Shown here one piece after another: positions 36,601 to 46,272 of a stretch of DNA of 64,000 nt (position 1 is the stretch's first letter; every line of letters starts with the position of its first letter). The stretch spans positions 1 through 64,000 of the forward strand of contig JAAILG010001525.1 in the NCBI GenBank assembly GCA_012026655.1, in the 5' to 3' direction. Position numbers and translations under genes: made by a program. The notes below the pieces were generated by a model. The model saw nothing but the letters and a program-made list of their open reading frames with translations. It was not told where the DNA came from and ran no database searches. The DNA is from Hydrolagus affinis (Eukaryota).

Positions 36601-39600
36601 TTTTGTTGTTGTTGTTGCGGTTGTCAGTTCTGTTGAATCTGGAGAGTTTGATTGCATAGCTTCACACCATGATAGCATCCTTCAAAGGCTATAATTACAT
36701 TCAACACCACAACAACTATTGCTACTCAGGAAGCACATCATTAAAGCAACAGTAGAGTTCTAGTGATGGTGAAATTTAGCTTTTCTGTCCCTCTGCAAAT
36801 AATAATAATAAATAACAATAATGCTTGCCCGAATAATGGCAAAACACTTTACAGGGAATAGTGACGCAACACAATAACCGTGTATTTGCAGGCGAATATT
36901 GTAATCATTTTGTATTTGTTGTTAACGATTGTTCCCATTGTTACTTTCCACACAGCAATACATCACAAGGAGCCATGAAGTGGAATGACCAATTTTATCT
37001 GGAGGATTCTTGGCCGGGAAACTAAGAGAAGAAACTCCTTTCTCTTTTTGTACCGAGCTGTGGGATCCTTTAACATCCACCTGGACAGACAAATCAGGAG
37101 CACTGTTTAACATCTGATCTGATTTTCAGTAGAAATCCTACTTACAATGAAAGTACAGTTCCTCATCTCCATCTTGACTTGCCTTGCTATAGCCACAGTG
37201 TCTGAAACAGATGGGAACCAGAAGCAGCATTAAATACATGGTAAAAGTCTAATGGTCCTAAAACATCACAATACTAATAATACTAATTTCTAGATCAGTG
37301 GTTCTCCACCTTTTTTTGCTGCGACTCAAATTAACCAGCAACAGGTCCTTGCAACCCAACTTATTTTTGCCTTGACCCAAATTAGCCTCCAACAGGCCTC
37401 CCACCCCTAGGGGGTGATATCGCGAGTGAAGCTCAGCTCAGCCAAAACATTATTTCCGTCTCTTTTGTGGACTCAGCGCAACTCGGAAGCACGCTCTTTC
37501 ATACAAATTGGTCGGCGGTGTCGCCTCGGGCGCTTTTTTTTAGCATTCAAAAACATTTAAAAAAAAATAAAAAATTCGGATGACCCTTCGCAACCCAACT
37601 GAGGACCCCCGCGACCCTGATTTGGGTCGGGACCCAAGGTTGGGAACCACTGCTCTAGATAGACTGGGCTCCAACTCAAGCCAATGGTTAACAATGACCT
37701 TTTTGTTGTGTGTTTAGGAAGATGATGGAGTTAAGGATGAGAGGGTGGTCACTGCAGAGACAGTTTTGACCCATTAACAAAAGGAATCATCTATCATTAA
37801 ATGAAAAATCTTGATTAAAAAAATAATAATTTCTGTCCTTTGCAATTGGCTCTTAAATATATTGTCGTTGTACTTGGACCACAAATATCACAAACATGTC
37901 TTGTGCTCTACCCCAACAGCAGCACCGAGAGCACGCTGGTCTAGAGTTGTAGAGGGTAATTTCAGATCCCAATTCATAGCCCTGTCTAATCGGTCGGGCA
38001 TTAGTTACCTCCTCCATATGATGAATCCAAAGACCATAGACACCAGCACAATCAGGCCCGCCACAGAGACCACAGCGATGATCATCACTGGGTTCTGCTC
38101 ACTGGAAACCATGGCAACTGGGAATAACAAAAAGTGCAAAGTTACACATCCACCCACAGGCTTTTAAACTGGTCCCAACACACAGATTGCAGAGTCTACA
38201 ATGGAAGTCAAATTCTGCCAACCGTTCTATCAGAATGCCTTAAAAAATGTTTTGTGAAGAATTGACAAAGTCAATGACCCAGCATTCGTAGGAAATCCAG
38301 CCTGCACAGAGATGACCAATTTTGATATGGGGGCAACACTGACCAGGAACCACAGAAGCAAAGGAGATTCTAGCACAGACGGTCATTCAGCCCATCGAGT
38401 CTGCACTGGCTCCCAGAGCAAACTCTGATTCCATTCAATCCCACTGAGTAGCCCTATCTCCAATCTCCTTCAAACCTCTAACTTTCACATCACACTCTAC
38501 CTTCATAAAGAATGCTGCCCCACATGAAGGGCACTATATAAGTGAGGTTGTTGTTGTCGTTGCACCTCCCTCTTGAAACTCACAGCGGGATTCTGCCCAG
38601 GACACCGGGAGAAACTCCTTTCTCTTTTTGAATTGTGCCGTGGGATCTTTAATGTTCACCTGAACAGACGGGCGGATAGGACCTCCCTGTTTGCCTAGGC
38701 ATACACAGTCACTACACTTGGTGGCGATCACCTGTGAAAGACTCAGTGATGGTCTGATATTACAGGAGCTCCCTGCGGAGAGACGTTAGTTCTTTGTATT
38801 AACGACTAAAGCGAAAATACGTCATCTGTAATTATAAGGCTCAGTGGAAAATTTATTTGAACACTTTGGCAGCGGCAGTCAGTGTTTTAATGAGCTAATT
38901 CCCCAAATTAAAATCAACTGAAACTTCAGTTATTTAATGTCCTGTTACAATTTCTAAATTCTGAAAGTGCTGGAGCTTTTATTCTTTCAGCAGATTGCTT
39001 CATAAAGCAGATTTTATTGACACCTGGCTCTTCCTAACCCTGGCAATATTCAACAACAAACGATTGCGAGCTTGCCTGTGTAGCCCTGTTAGAACGCAGT
39101 GCTAACAATAATGATCTTTGCATTTGATATAGTGACTTATCAAAGCGCTTCACAGAATATACTGTAAAGTGATCGACTTTATTGTGGGCAAAATGCAGCA
39201 GCCAATTGTGCATAGCAGTGTACCACAAACAGTCATGGATTGAATTACCAAAACATAACTTTTTTAAGGGCATTATTAACCCAGAAAAGAGATCTGCCAA
39301 TTGACAGACAACTAGGTTCCTACTAACTGCCAGGTAAACGCAGGCATGTGGAGGAAGGAAAGGTGAGTAACGTTTTTCCCTGGGGAATCAAACACGGGTC
39401 CTCAAGCTTGTGAGGCGAGTGCTACAGGACTCCACATAGTAAGTGTGCAGGGGAAGGGGTAATCCATAAACTCCCAACAAGGGTCGCAACCTTCTACATT
39501 CATCGCTCAGACATTCACACGCACTGCTAATGCATGGAGAAAGCCGAGCAGTTTCCTGCACTACAAAATGGCCGACTTGCAGGCCAAACAAGGGCGGCAT

Positions 39601-42600
39601 AAACGTATACTAGGCAACAGCAGATTTAATAGGGAGACTAGGAGGAACTTCTTCACGCAGAGAGTGGTGAGGACATGGAACTTGCTGCTGGAAGCTGTGG
39701 CTGAAGCAAATATATTTTAGAGCAAACTTGATGTGTCGATGAGGGATAGGGAAATGGGGGGACACAAAGAGAGGGGAATAAGAGGGGTGCAGAATGACAA
39801 GGAATATAAACTGTGTAAATATTGGAAAAGGATGGCGTGGAGATTAGGGAAATGCGCACAGAATTCCCATCTGGCAATAGCTGATTAATTTGAGAAAGAA
39901 ATTCAAACAAGCTTTGCAGAAACTTGAAAAAACAATTCTCTAACCTTTACATGGTGTCAAAGAAATCCACACAATACGTTTGTCTGCACGCTCTGCGGAG
40001 ATTAAAGCTAACAAGGCTTTAAATTGTCTTGATTTGCCTTGAAGCCTCCATTTGCAGAGAGAATTGCTTGCTGAAAGCCCTATTAAAATATGAACTGATT
40101 TACTTCTCTTGTAATGGGCTGATGTCGGTTATTGCTAATGCTTTAATCGGGTGTTTGCCACAGCTTCTGGGAATGGTTTGGGTGTTTTTCAAGGCAAAAG
40201 ATAAGCACCCCAGCCAAGTCTATTTAGCTACATGCACTTCTCTCGGCCTGACAACAGGTTTGCGAAATGATAACCATAGAAATAACAAAATAGCATAGGT
40301 TCAGGCTGTAAATCGAGAAATACTGTATCAAAGAAACATTTATGTTTCAGGCCAACCGGAGGTGTGGATAGAGGGGCATAGGAAGAGTGAAGACTCGCAT
40401 GGTGTACAAACAGTACTGAGTATAAATATTCTCTTCTGCACCATCAGCCTAATGTCTCGTTCGAATGACAATACCTCTGACAATCTCTCTCCCAGCACTG
40501 GAGTATCAGGATAGTCTACCAGCTCACAGCCCCAACGTGGGGCTTGACCTTGCAACTTTCGGACTGACAGCCTACCTACTGAGCCAGGCTGACCCCTGAC
40601 ATTTGGGGTTTCTCTTTCAGTTGATTACCAATGGGGAGAAAAGTTGGGGGAGGTGGGGGGAGGGGGTGATGTTAGAGGAAATGGGTGGGGAGAGAAAATA
40701 GGCAATCAACAAGAGGAGGGAAGCAGACAGACTGTTATAATATAATAATAATCCTTGCATTTGATATAGCGCTTTTCATGTCTTCTAGACGTCTCAAAGC
40801 GCTTCACAGAATATACTGTCAAGTGAATTGACTATATTTGTGGGCGAAATGCGGCAGCCAATTGCGCACAGCAGGGTCCCGCAAACAGTCATGGATTGAA
40901 ATGACCAATTTACTATAGTTTTTTTTTTGATGCGTGTGAAGTAAGAAAACTTGCCCAAGGCTTCGCCTTGACCTGCCTGGATTCGAACGCAGGTCTCACT
41001 CTTGTAAGGCGAATGCTCTAACCACTGAGCTGCAGGAATCCACACTGTTGGGTGGGAGATGAAACGGGAGAGTATTTTCGGATGTGATGGAAGATAATGG
41101 GCCTTTGTCAGCTCTTTCCTCTCTGTGTTTTGCCGAGCGGTTAAGAGGCCATTTTGTTTTGTTTTTGAGAAAAAATATTGTTTTCCAACCTTTTCGATGA
41201 ATGGCAAGCCGACAATGACAATGAGAGATTGCAAAGCTTCTGGGCCATGCCGTATGCAAACTGGTGGTAATTACAGAGTTAGGCCACTTCAGTTGTATAT
41301 CCTATTCCTCTGCAGGCTCCCAGTGTGAATCCGAAAACTATTTCACAACTCGTACTCATTTGTGCCTGTGCTGAAGTCACGTTTCAACAAGATTTGGTTA
41401 ATAGTAGTAATAAGAATCCTTGGATTCGATACAGCACCTTATCATATCATTGATACATCTCAAAGAGCTTCACAGAATATAATATAAAGTAGATTGACTA
41501 CATATTGTGTGGGCGAATCGCGGCAGCCAATTGCACATAGCAACTTTTCACAAATAAACAAACAAAAATATATACATATATATATATACTTATGTACATA
41601 TATATACCTAAGTCATTAAAGTACATTTAAAATGTTAACATACATTTGACTTTTAATTTTTTTAATTGAAAATTAAAATTTGACTGTCTCCAAATTGTTT
41701 TAAAAAATCTTTGCGCATGTGTGTGTGTATGGGTGTGTGTGTGTGTGTAGAGGAGAAATAGAAAGAGAATGGATAGTTCTGCACTGTTAGAAGTTCCATC
41801 CTTCAGATGTGATGTTAAATCGAGGTCCTGTCTGCCTCTTGAGGTGATGTAAAATATCCAATAGCAGTGCTCAATCATAGTGGAGACCAGCGTAGGCTGA
41901 ATGGCCTCCTTCCGTGCTGCAAATCTCTCTGGTTTTGTGATTCTCAGGAGATTTCTCCTTTCAGAACATTTCAGATCATGTCACAATTCAAGTTGGCTTC
42001 CAGTTTCATTTGCACGTTGCTTAATTCAACTCGATTGTCTGCAATTACCCAAACGGGCTGAGCATAACAGTTAATTACCATGAAAATGAACGCCACTTTT
42101 TTTTCTCTCGTCGAAATTAAATTATAATAGTAAAATCGTTGGCAGATCCCAACAGTGAACCTTAGGGTGGAGTCATTCTCCACTGCAAACAGGCAGTGCT
42201 GAGCTCCGAGATGTCGTTTGCAAATCCACTAGGAGGAAATGACAGACAGGGTTCCCACCTAGAAATCCCACCTAGTCTTAGCCTACGCCAATCAATTTTG
42301 TCTTCAAATTTAAGATCGCACAGAACTGGGGACAAGTGTTAAATTGAGTCGACATTTGGAGAACTGACGGTTCTCTTAGCAGTTCTTAGAAACAAACTGC
42401 TTTCAACGTTAGCCTGAATTCAGCAATTTTGCCCACTTCTGTCCGATCTTAAATGTGATGGGTCAAATGTTTCGCAGGATAAGACTGGTTGAAGTTTCAG
42501 GGATCTCTGATGGATTAGCGAAAACGTGCGTTTGGATTTTTCCCGGGGCCTTTGACACAGCGACTCCAAAAGATAAAATGGCAGCACACAGGAAGTGATG

Positions 42601-45120
42601 TCAGCGGTGACCCAATGATCTTGGAAGTTGCCCATTTTTCATGTTGGGAGGCCAGGCTCCACACCCCAACTACGCAGTAAGAGAACGTATGTTACAATGA
42701 AAAGCATACCAATGGAGCTCTATTATATGGGTTTATATGAAGTTTCTACTTGCTGTTTCCTTTCAGTGTTACTTACGCTCCCCTAATGTTTGCACCTCAA
42801 TGCTTGAACTGTAGCTCCCATAGTCTGAGAATGGAAAGGCTCGGATCTGAAACACGTAGAGGGTCCCTGGGCTGAGATTATTCACGGTCACTGTTGTGGA
42901 TGAGGTTTTGACAGTCGAATACGCCTGGTCACTCTCATCCTGCCCGAGAAATGCACATGTCAGCGGCAGTCACCATGGCAACAGGAAAAGGTACAAGCAA
43001 TCAAAGCATTGTAGAAACATAGAAACGGTCATTCAGTCCCTCAAGCCTGTTCTGCCATTCTATAAGATCTTGGCTGATCTGTACCTGAAGTCCAATTACC
43101 CAACCTTAACCCTTATCCCTTAATACCCTGCCTGGCTTCATAGGTAGCACTCTCACTTCTGTGTCAGAAAGCAAAGGGTTCTCGATCGCAAAATTACATG
43201 ATTGGTTTAGATGAAAAAGATCCTTCAGTCCATCTGATCTCAATCCTCCAGAACACTCACTGTACCGCTTCCTCATCCCAGCACAAAGCATCAAGCTGGA
43301 ACTCGCTGAAGTGGTGATTGAATCAGGCGCTATACAAATGTAACTTTGCTGTTGAATTGTTGATACCCTCCTCAATGGTCATTTAAGAGGAACGCTAAAC
43401 CTTCGCTTCCTGATTCAATCTAAACCTTCACACGGGGGGTACAGAAGGGTTTGGGATGTAGTAAGGAGCTGACGGAGATTCAAGTGGAGTATAAACCACG
43501 GCACAGTTGAGCCGATTGACTTTTTCCTCGCTGTCCTGTCTATGTAAATCAACGGTATCACTCAGAACACTGTTGAAGTGTTGAAGAGTGGTGCTCTTGC
43601 TCGTACTTACATTAGAAAGATGCATTTACATAGCTCTCCTCACATGGGGTAGGGTCTTGCAGCACTTAACAGTGATGGAGCGTGACGCCGGGCCAGGGGA
43701 AGGAAGAGGTGACCGTAACCGCGTTCAAGAGGAAGGTTTTCGATCATGGTCTAACAGAGGGGAAGAAGGGGGCCACTATGGAAGGATTGGGGAAGAGAGT
43801 TCCAAAACAAAAGGGGAAAAAATATCTCGCTACATCCAACAAAGGAATAGTTTTGGGTTGGGAATTAATTTCTCATTCACATAAATTGATTACAACTCCA
43901 ATCCGGCGAGATTTATAGTTTTCTGCTACATTTTGCCAATACATTTTCGCCCGCTTCACAAATCGTGTGCATCTAGGGGATGTGATTCAGTAGCTAGTTC
44001 GATAATTAAGTGATTTGGAATCTAATTGTGCTACCAGCTAACGTCAGCAGGCAGGCATGGCAGTTGACAAGGTGAACGCTTCATCACTCAGAACACTGAA
44101 GTGATACTTGCATTAGAAAGATGCAAGAATCGTTTGCCTTTGAAATCTGACTGTGAGACTGATCCACTGTGCTGTAGGGCCTGAGCTGTGAGGAAGGATA
44201 ATCCAAGCCACTTTAGCCACCGAAACAGATGCTTCAGAGAGGGATCTTATTTGGGAACATTCACACCTCTGAGTCAGTAGATTGTGAGTTCAAACCCCAC
44301 GAGAACTCGAGCTCACAGTCGAGAAGACCAATGCTCCCGCTGGGTATTAGGGGGATACGGATATGAAGTGATCACTAACAAATCTAACAGAGAGTTTATG
44401 CAGAGTGCTGTGAGAAGGTAGAATTCACTGTCAGAAGCTGTGGTTGAAACATTAGCAACCCACATGTTTAAATTTACAGTTAACATTTGACCATTCAAAA
44501 CTCCTTTCCCGCACCTCTCTTCCTCTCTGATATGCTTATTAGTTCCTTGGGACATCCACTCGATGTGAAAGCGCAACACAAATGTAACTTGTTGATGTTA
44601 TTGATGTAGCCCAATTTTCTGCCTGCCCTCTATGCTCAGCTAACATTGGCCCTAAACCCCACCAAGTCATCAGCCCCTAACATTTATCATGATCTACGCT
44701 GTAAATGTGGTGCATTGATGACTGCCGACCAACTGTAACTCCGAAACACTGATTGTCCAGCGCCTTGGGACATCGTCCGGACGTGAAAGGCGCTATACAA
44801 ATGTAACTTTATTGTTGCTTTATTGATATTCTCCTCAATGGTCACTTATCTGAGCATTGATCTCCTGTTCTTATTGTAAATTTAACAATGATTCTTAATC
44901 TGAATAAGGGGATACAAACACTGCAGTCAGGAACAACTGCACAGCGTGAATCTAACTCTCAAACTTGCTGTGTCTCTCAGAGAATGGACCGTTACCTTTT
45001 TATAGAATTTGATCTCGTACTCGCTGCTGTTGCCGGTGGAGTAGTCGGGGTCCTGCCAGGTTAACGTGATGCTGTCCTGTTCGATGCGGTCTGGCTGGAT
45101 GTCCATGACCTGCGACAGTC
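21542..45120 (-). CDS. EPHA10: Ephrin type-A receptor 10, partial (12 exons, equivalent to exons 6-17); 5' exons outside the window
   Basis: Exons 44996-45120, 42777-42939, 38009-38117, 37146-37201, 33214-33339, 31893-32078, 31299-31360, 29443-29646, 27254-27403, 25257-25450, 23056-23220 and 21542-21656. All have GT-AG boundaries with compatible phases, total 1655 nt. EphA10-diagnostic motifs: [18 protein letters not shown], degenerate HRD/DFG, ALWAAPE, C-terminal GVQV. Confidence 0.95.
23056..23220 (-). CDS. EPHA10: EPHA10 exon (linker and SAM N-terminus), 165 bp
   Basis: [55 protein letters not shown]; cag|...|gtaag. Confidence 0.93.
25257..25450 (-). CDS. EPHA10: EPHA10 exon (kinase C-lobe end), 194 bp
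   Basis: [65 protein letters not shown]; gcag|...|gtaac. Confidence 0.95.
25920..26330 (-). mobile_element. CR1 LINE 3' fragment, diverged
   Basis: Reverse CR1-type 3' UTR plus a degenerate ORF2 end. Related tails occur at ~46980-47140 and ~52350-52460. Confidence 0.65.
27254..27403 (-). CDS. EPHA10: EPHA10 exon (kinase subdomains VIII-X), 150 bp
   Basis: [50 protein letters not shown]; acag|...|gtgag. Confidence 0.95.
28405..28830 (-). mobile_element. Older, longer DeuSINE-type SINE
   Basis: Tail, Deu-like core (GGGGATTGTTGGCCAGGA...TTTAACATCCATC...GATGGCATCTCCAACA) and degenerate tRNA head. Related copies lie at ~36840-37120, ~50330-50700, ~57485-57720 and ~60840-61310. Confidence 0.65.
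28981..29297 (-). mobile_element. tRNA-derived SINE, full length, with an internal 18-bp tandem duplication
   Basis: Family consensus; TATTATTGTATTTTTGAG is repeated twice at ~29152-29187. Confidence 0.85.
29443..29646 (-). CDS. EPHA10: EPHA10 exon (catalytic loop and activation segment, degenerate), 204 bp
   Basis: [68 protein letters not shown]; gtag|...|gtgag. Confidence 0.95.
31299..31360 (-). CDS. EPHA10: EPHA10 exon (kinase hinge), 62 bp
   Basis: [21 protein letters not shown]; acag|...|gtaag. The size matches the canonical Eph 62-bp exon. Confidence 0.95.
31893..32078 (-). CDS. EPHA10: EPHA10 exon (Gly loop, VAIK, helix C), 186 bp
   Basis: [62 protein letters not shown]; gcag|...|gtgag. 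Confidence 0.95.
32641..32933 (-). mobile_element. tRNA-derived SINE, anticodon-arm region deleted
   Basis: Family consensus ending GAATCGAACCCAGGTTTCTAACCACTGAGCTCCAGGACTCC. Confidence 0.85.
33214..33339 (-). CDS. EPHA10: EPHA10 exon (juxtamembrane and kinase start), 126 bp
   Basis: (F)[41 protein letters not shown](G); ttcag|...|gtatg. Confidence 0.95.
34520..34695 (+). mobile_element. CR1 LINE 3' end
   Basis: GGGAATTGGATATGTACTTGAAG...GACACAATGGGCCGAATGGCCTCCTTCTGT...ATTCTAT, the CR1 3' UTR signature. Confidence 0.7.
36139..36620 (+). mobile_element. L2 LINE 3' fragment (ORF2 C-terminus, 3' UTR, (TTG)n tail)
   Basis: [31 protein letters not shown], then after a frameshift [11 protein letters not shown]...[40 protein letters not shown]. 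Tail AGCGCTTTGGGACGTCCTCCCAACGTGAAAGGCGCTAT...(TTG)n. Confidence 0.9.
37146..37201 (-). CDS. EPHA10: EPHA10 juxtamembrane small exon, 56 bp (absent from the ORF track)
   Basis: ttcag|A CAC TGT GGC TAT AGC AAG GCA AGT CAA GAT GGA GAT GAG GAA CTG TAC TTT CAT T|gtaag gives (R)[18 protein letters not shown](F). Confidence 0.93.
37296..37652. mobile_element. hAT (Charlie-like) non-autonomous MITE, 357 bp
   Basis: TIRs CAGTGGTTCTCCACCTT and AAGGTTGGGAACCACTG. 8-bp TSD TTCTAGAT (37288-37295) / CTCTAGAT (37653-37660) fits the NTCTAGAN preference. Subterminal GC(G/A)ACCC repeats. Confidence 0.88.
38009..38117 (-). CDS. EPHA10: EPHA10 transmembrane exon, 109 bp
   Basis: (L)[35 protein letters not shown](R); cccag|...|gtaac. 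Confidence 0.93.
39105..39433 (-). mobile_element. tRNA-derived SINE, long variant with extra ~55-bp segment
   Basis: Family tail, core and head plus GATCTGCCAATTGACAGACAACTAGGTTCCTACTAAC, shared with the copy at 56105-56440. Confidence 0.75.
39620..39745 (+). mobile_element. CR1 ORF2 C-terminal fragment
   Basis: Translates [28 protein letters not shown]. Confidence 0.75.
40741..41041 (-). mobile_element. tRNA-derived SINE, full length, low divergence
   Basis: Near-consensus copy from the (ATA)n tail to the head GATTCGAACGCAGGTCTCACTCTTGTAAGGCGAATGCTCTAACCACTGAGCTGCAGGAATCC. Confidence 0.88.
42777..42939 (-). CDS. EPHA10: EPHA10 exon (second half of FN3 domain 2), 163 bp (absent from the ORF track)
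   Basis: ggcag|GAT GAG... gives [54 protein letters not shown]|gtaag. Confidence 0.93.
44996..45120 (-). CDS. EPHA10: EPHA10 exon (first half of FN3 domain 2), 125 bp
   Basis: (G)[41 protein letters not shown]; ggcag|...|gtaac. The size matches the canonical EphA exon 6. Confidence 0.93.
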
Positions 45121-45194
45121 CTGCCAACGAGAGCAGAGAAAAAGAGCGATGGAACGCAAAGTCACAGCCGAGGATTTGGACGAGGAGGATTAGA

Positions 45195-45735
45195 GAACCA
45201 CAGAACCTTACAGCACACAAGGAGGCCATTCAACCCATTCTGTCTGCGCTGCTCTTTCAAAGAGCTCTTTCATTTCAGTCCCATTTACTAGCTTTTCACT
45301 CCTGTATCTCTGCAATTTATTCATTTTTTACACATTGATCTACTTCCCTCTTTAACGCTAATATAGATTCCTGCTGCCATTATGAGATTCCACATCCTAA
45401 CAAATCTCTGTGTAAGAAAAACATTCCTTCTAATCTCCCCCGTTTGCGCCTGTGTTGGTTATCTTAAATTGATGCCTGCTGGTCACTGACTCACCAAGCA
45501 GTGGAAATAATGTCTCCCCATTGAGTCTATCAAAGCCTCGCATCATGTTAATGTCCTTGATCAGGTCTCTTCTCAATCATCTCTGTTCCACTGAAAACTG
45601 GCACACACTGTTCATAGACCAAACACCTCATCACTCGTATAATGTGAGCAAATCTTCTCCGTTCCTCTGAAGTGTTGTGATCAGAACTGGGCACTGTAAA
45701 CAGTCTAACAATTTATACAGTTTAAATATCAACTC
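45195..45735 (-). mobile_element. CR1 LINE 3' fragment, diverged
   Basis: Reverse CR1 3' UTR (ACAGCACACAAGGAGGCCATTCAACCCAT...) and degenerate ORF2 (ATTCCACATCCTAACAAATCTCTGTGTAAGAAAAAC is the reverse of FLTQRFVRMWN). Confidence 0.75.
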
Positions 45736-45737
45736 AT

Positions 45738-46272
45738 TTGGTTAGGCCTCAGCTACTGTGTTCAATTCCGGTCACACACTTTAGGAAGCATGTTAAGGCA
45801 TTGGAAAGGATGCAGAGAAGATTTACCAGGAATGAGGTACGAGGAATGAGGGACTTCAGTTATGAGGAAAGACTAGAGAGGCTAGGTTTATTTTCATTGG
45901 AGCAGAAAAGGTTACAAGGAGACCTAATAGAGGTTTTCAAGATCATGAGAGGATTCAATAGGGTAAACAGGGAAAAACTGTTTCTGCTGGTGGGTTTGTC
46001 AGTGACCCGAAGTCACAGATTTAAAATAGTTTCTAAAAGAAGCAGAGGGGAGGTGAGGAGAAATGTTTTCACTCAGCGAGTTGTTCGAATCTGGAATGCA
46101 TTGCCTGAAAAGGTGGTGGAGGCCGATTCGATAACAACTTTTAAAAGAGAGGTAGATATTTATTTGGGGAGGACGGGTTTGCGCGGTTATGAGAGCTGGG
46201 GAGTGGGATTGAGTTGCTCTTTTCAAAGAGCCGGCACAGACTCGACTCCTTTTGTGCTGTAAGATTCTATGA
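45738..46272 (+). mobile_element. CR1 LINE 3' fragment
   Basis: LVRPQL...RKHVKALERMQRRFTR...SYEERLERLGLFSLEQKRLQGDLIEVFKIMRG...FTQRVVRIWNALPEKVVEA, with ATTCTATG tail. Confidence 0.92.

Noticed and set aside
43428-43625. Possible extra EPHA10 cassette exon between the two FN3 exons
   Set aside because: The flanking exons already join in frame into a complete FN3 domain, and this sequence has no Eph similarity or good donor site.
21542-45120. Eph gene as a pseudogene or as EPHB6, given the broken catalytic motifs
   Set aside because: All exons are in frame with canonical splice sites, and the diagnostic motifs and exon sizes match EphA10, a known pseudokinase.
45738-46262. 174-aa ORF, and the 159-aa ORF at 57076-57555 and 154-aa ORF at 36130-36594
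   Set aside because: They are 5'-truncated CR1/L2 ORF2 remnants, not host genes.
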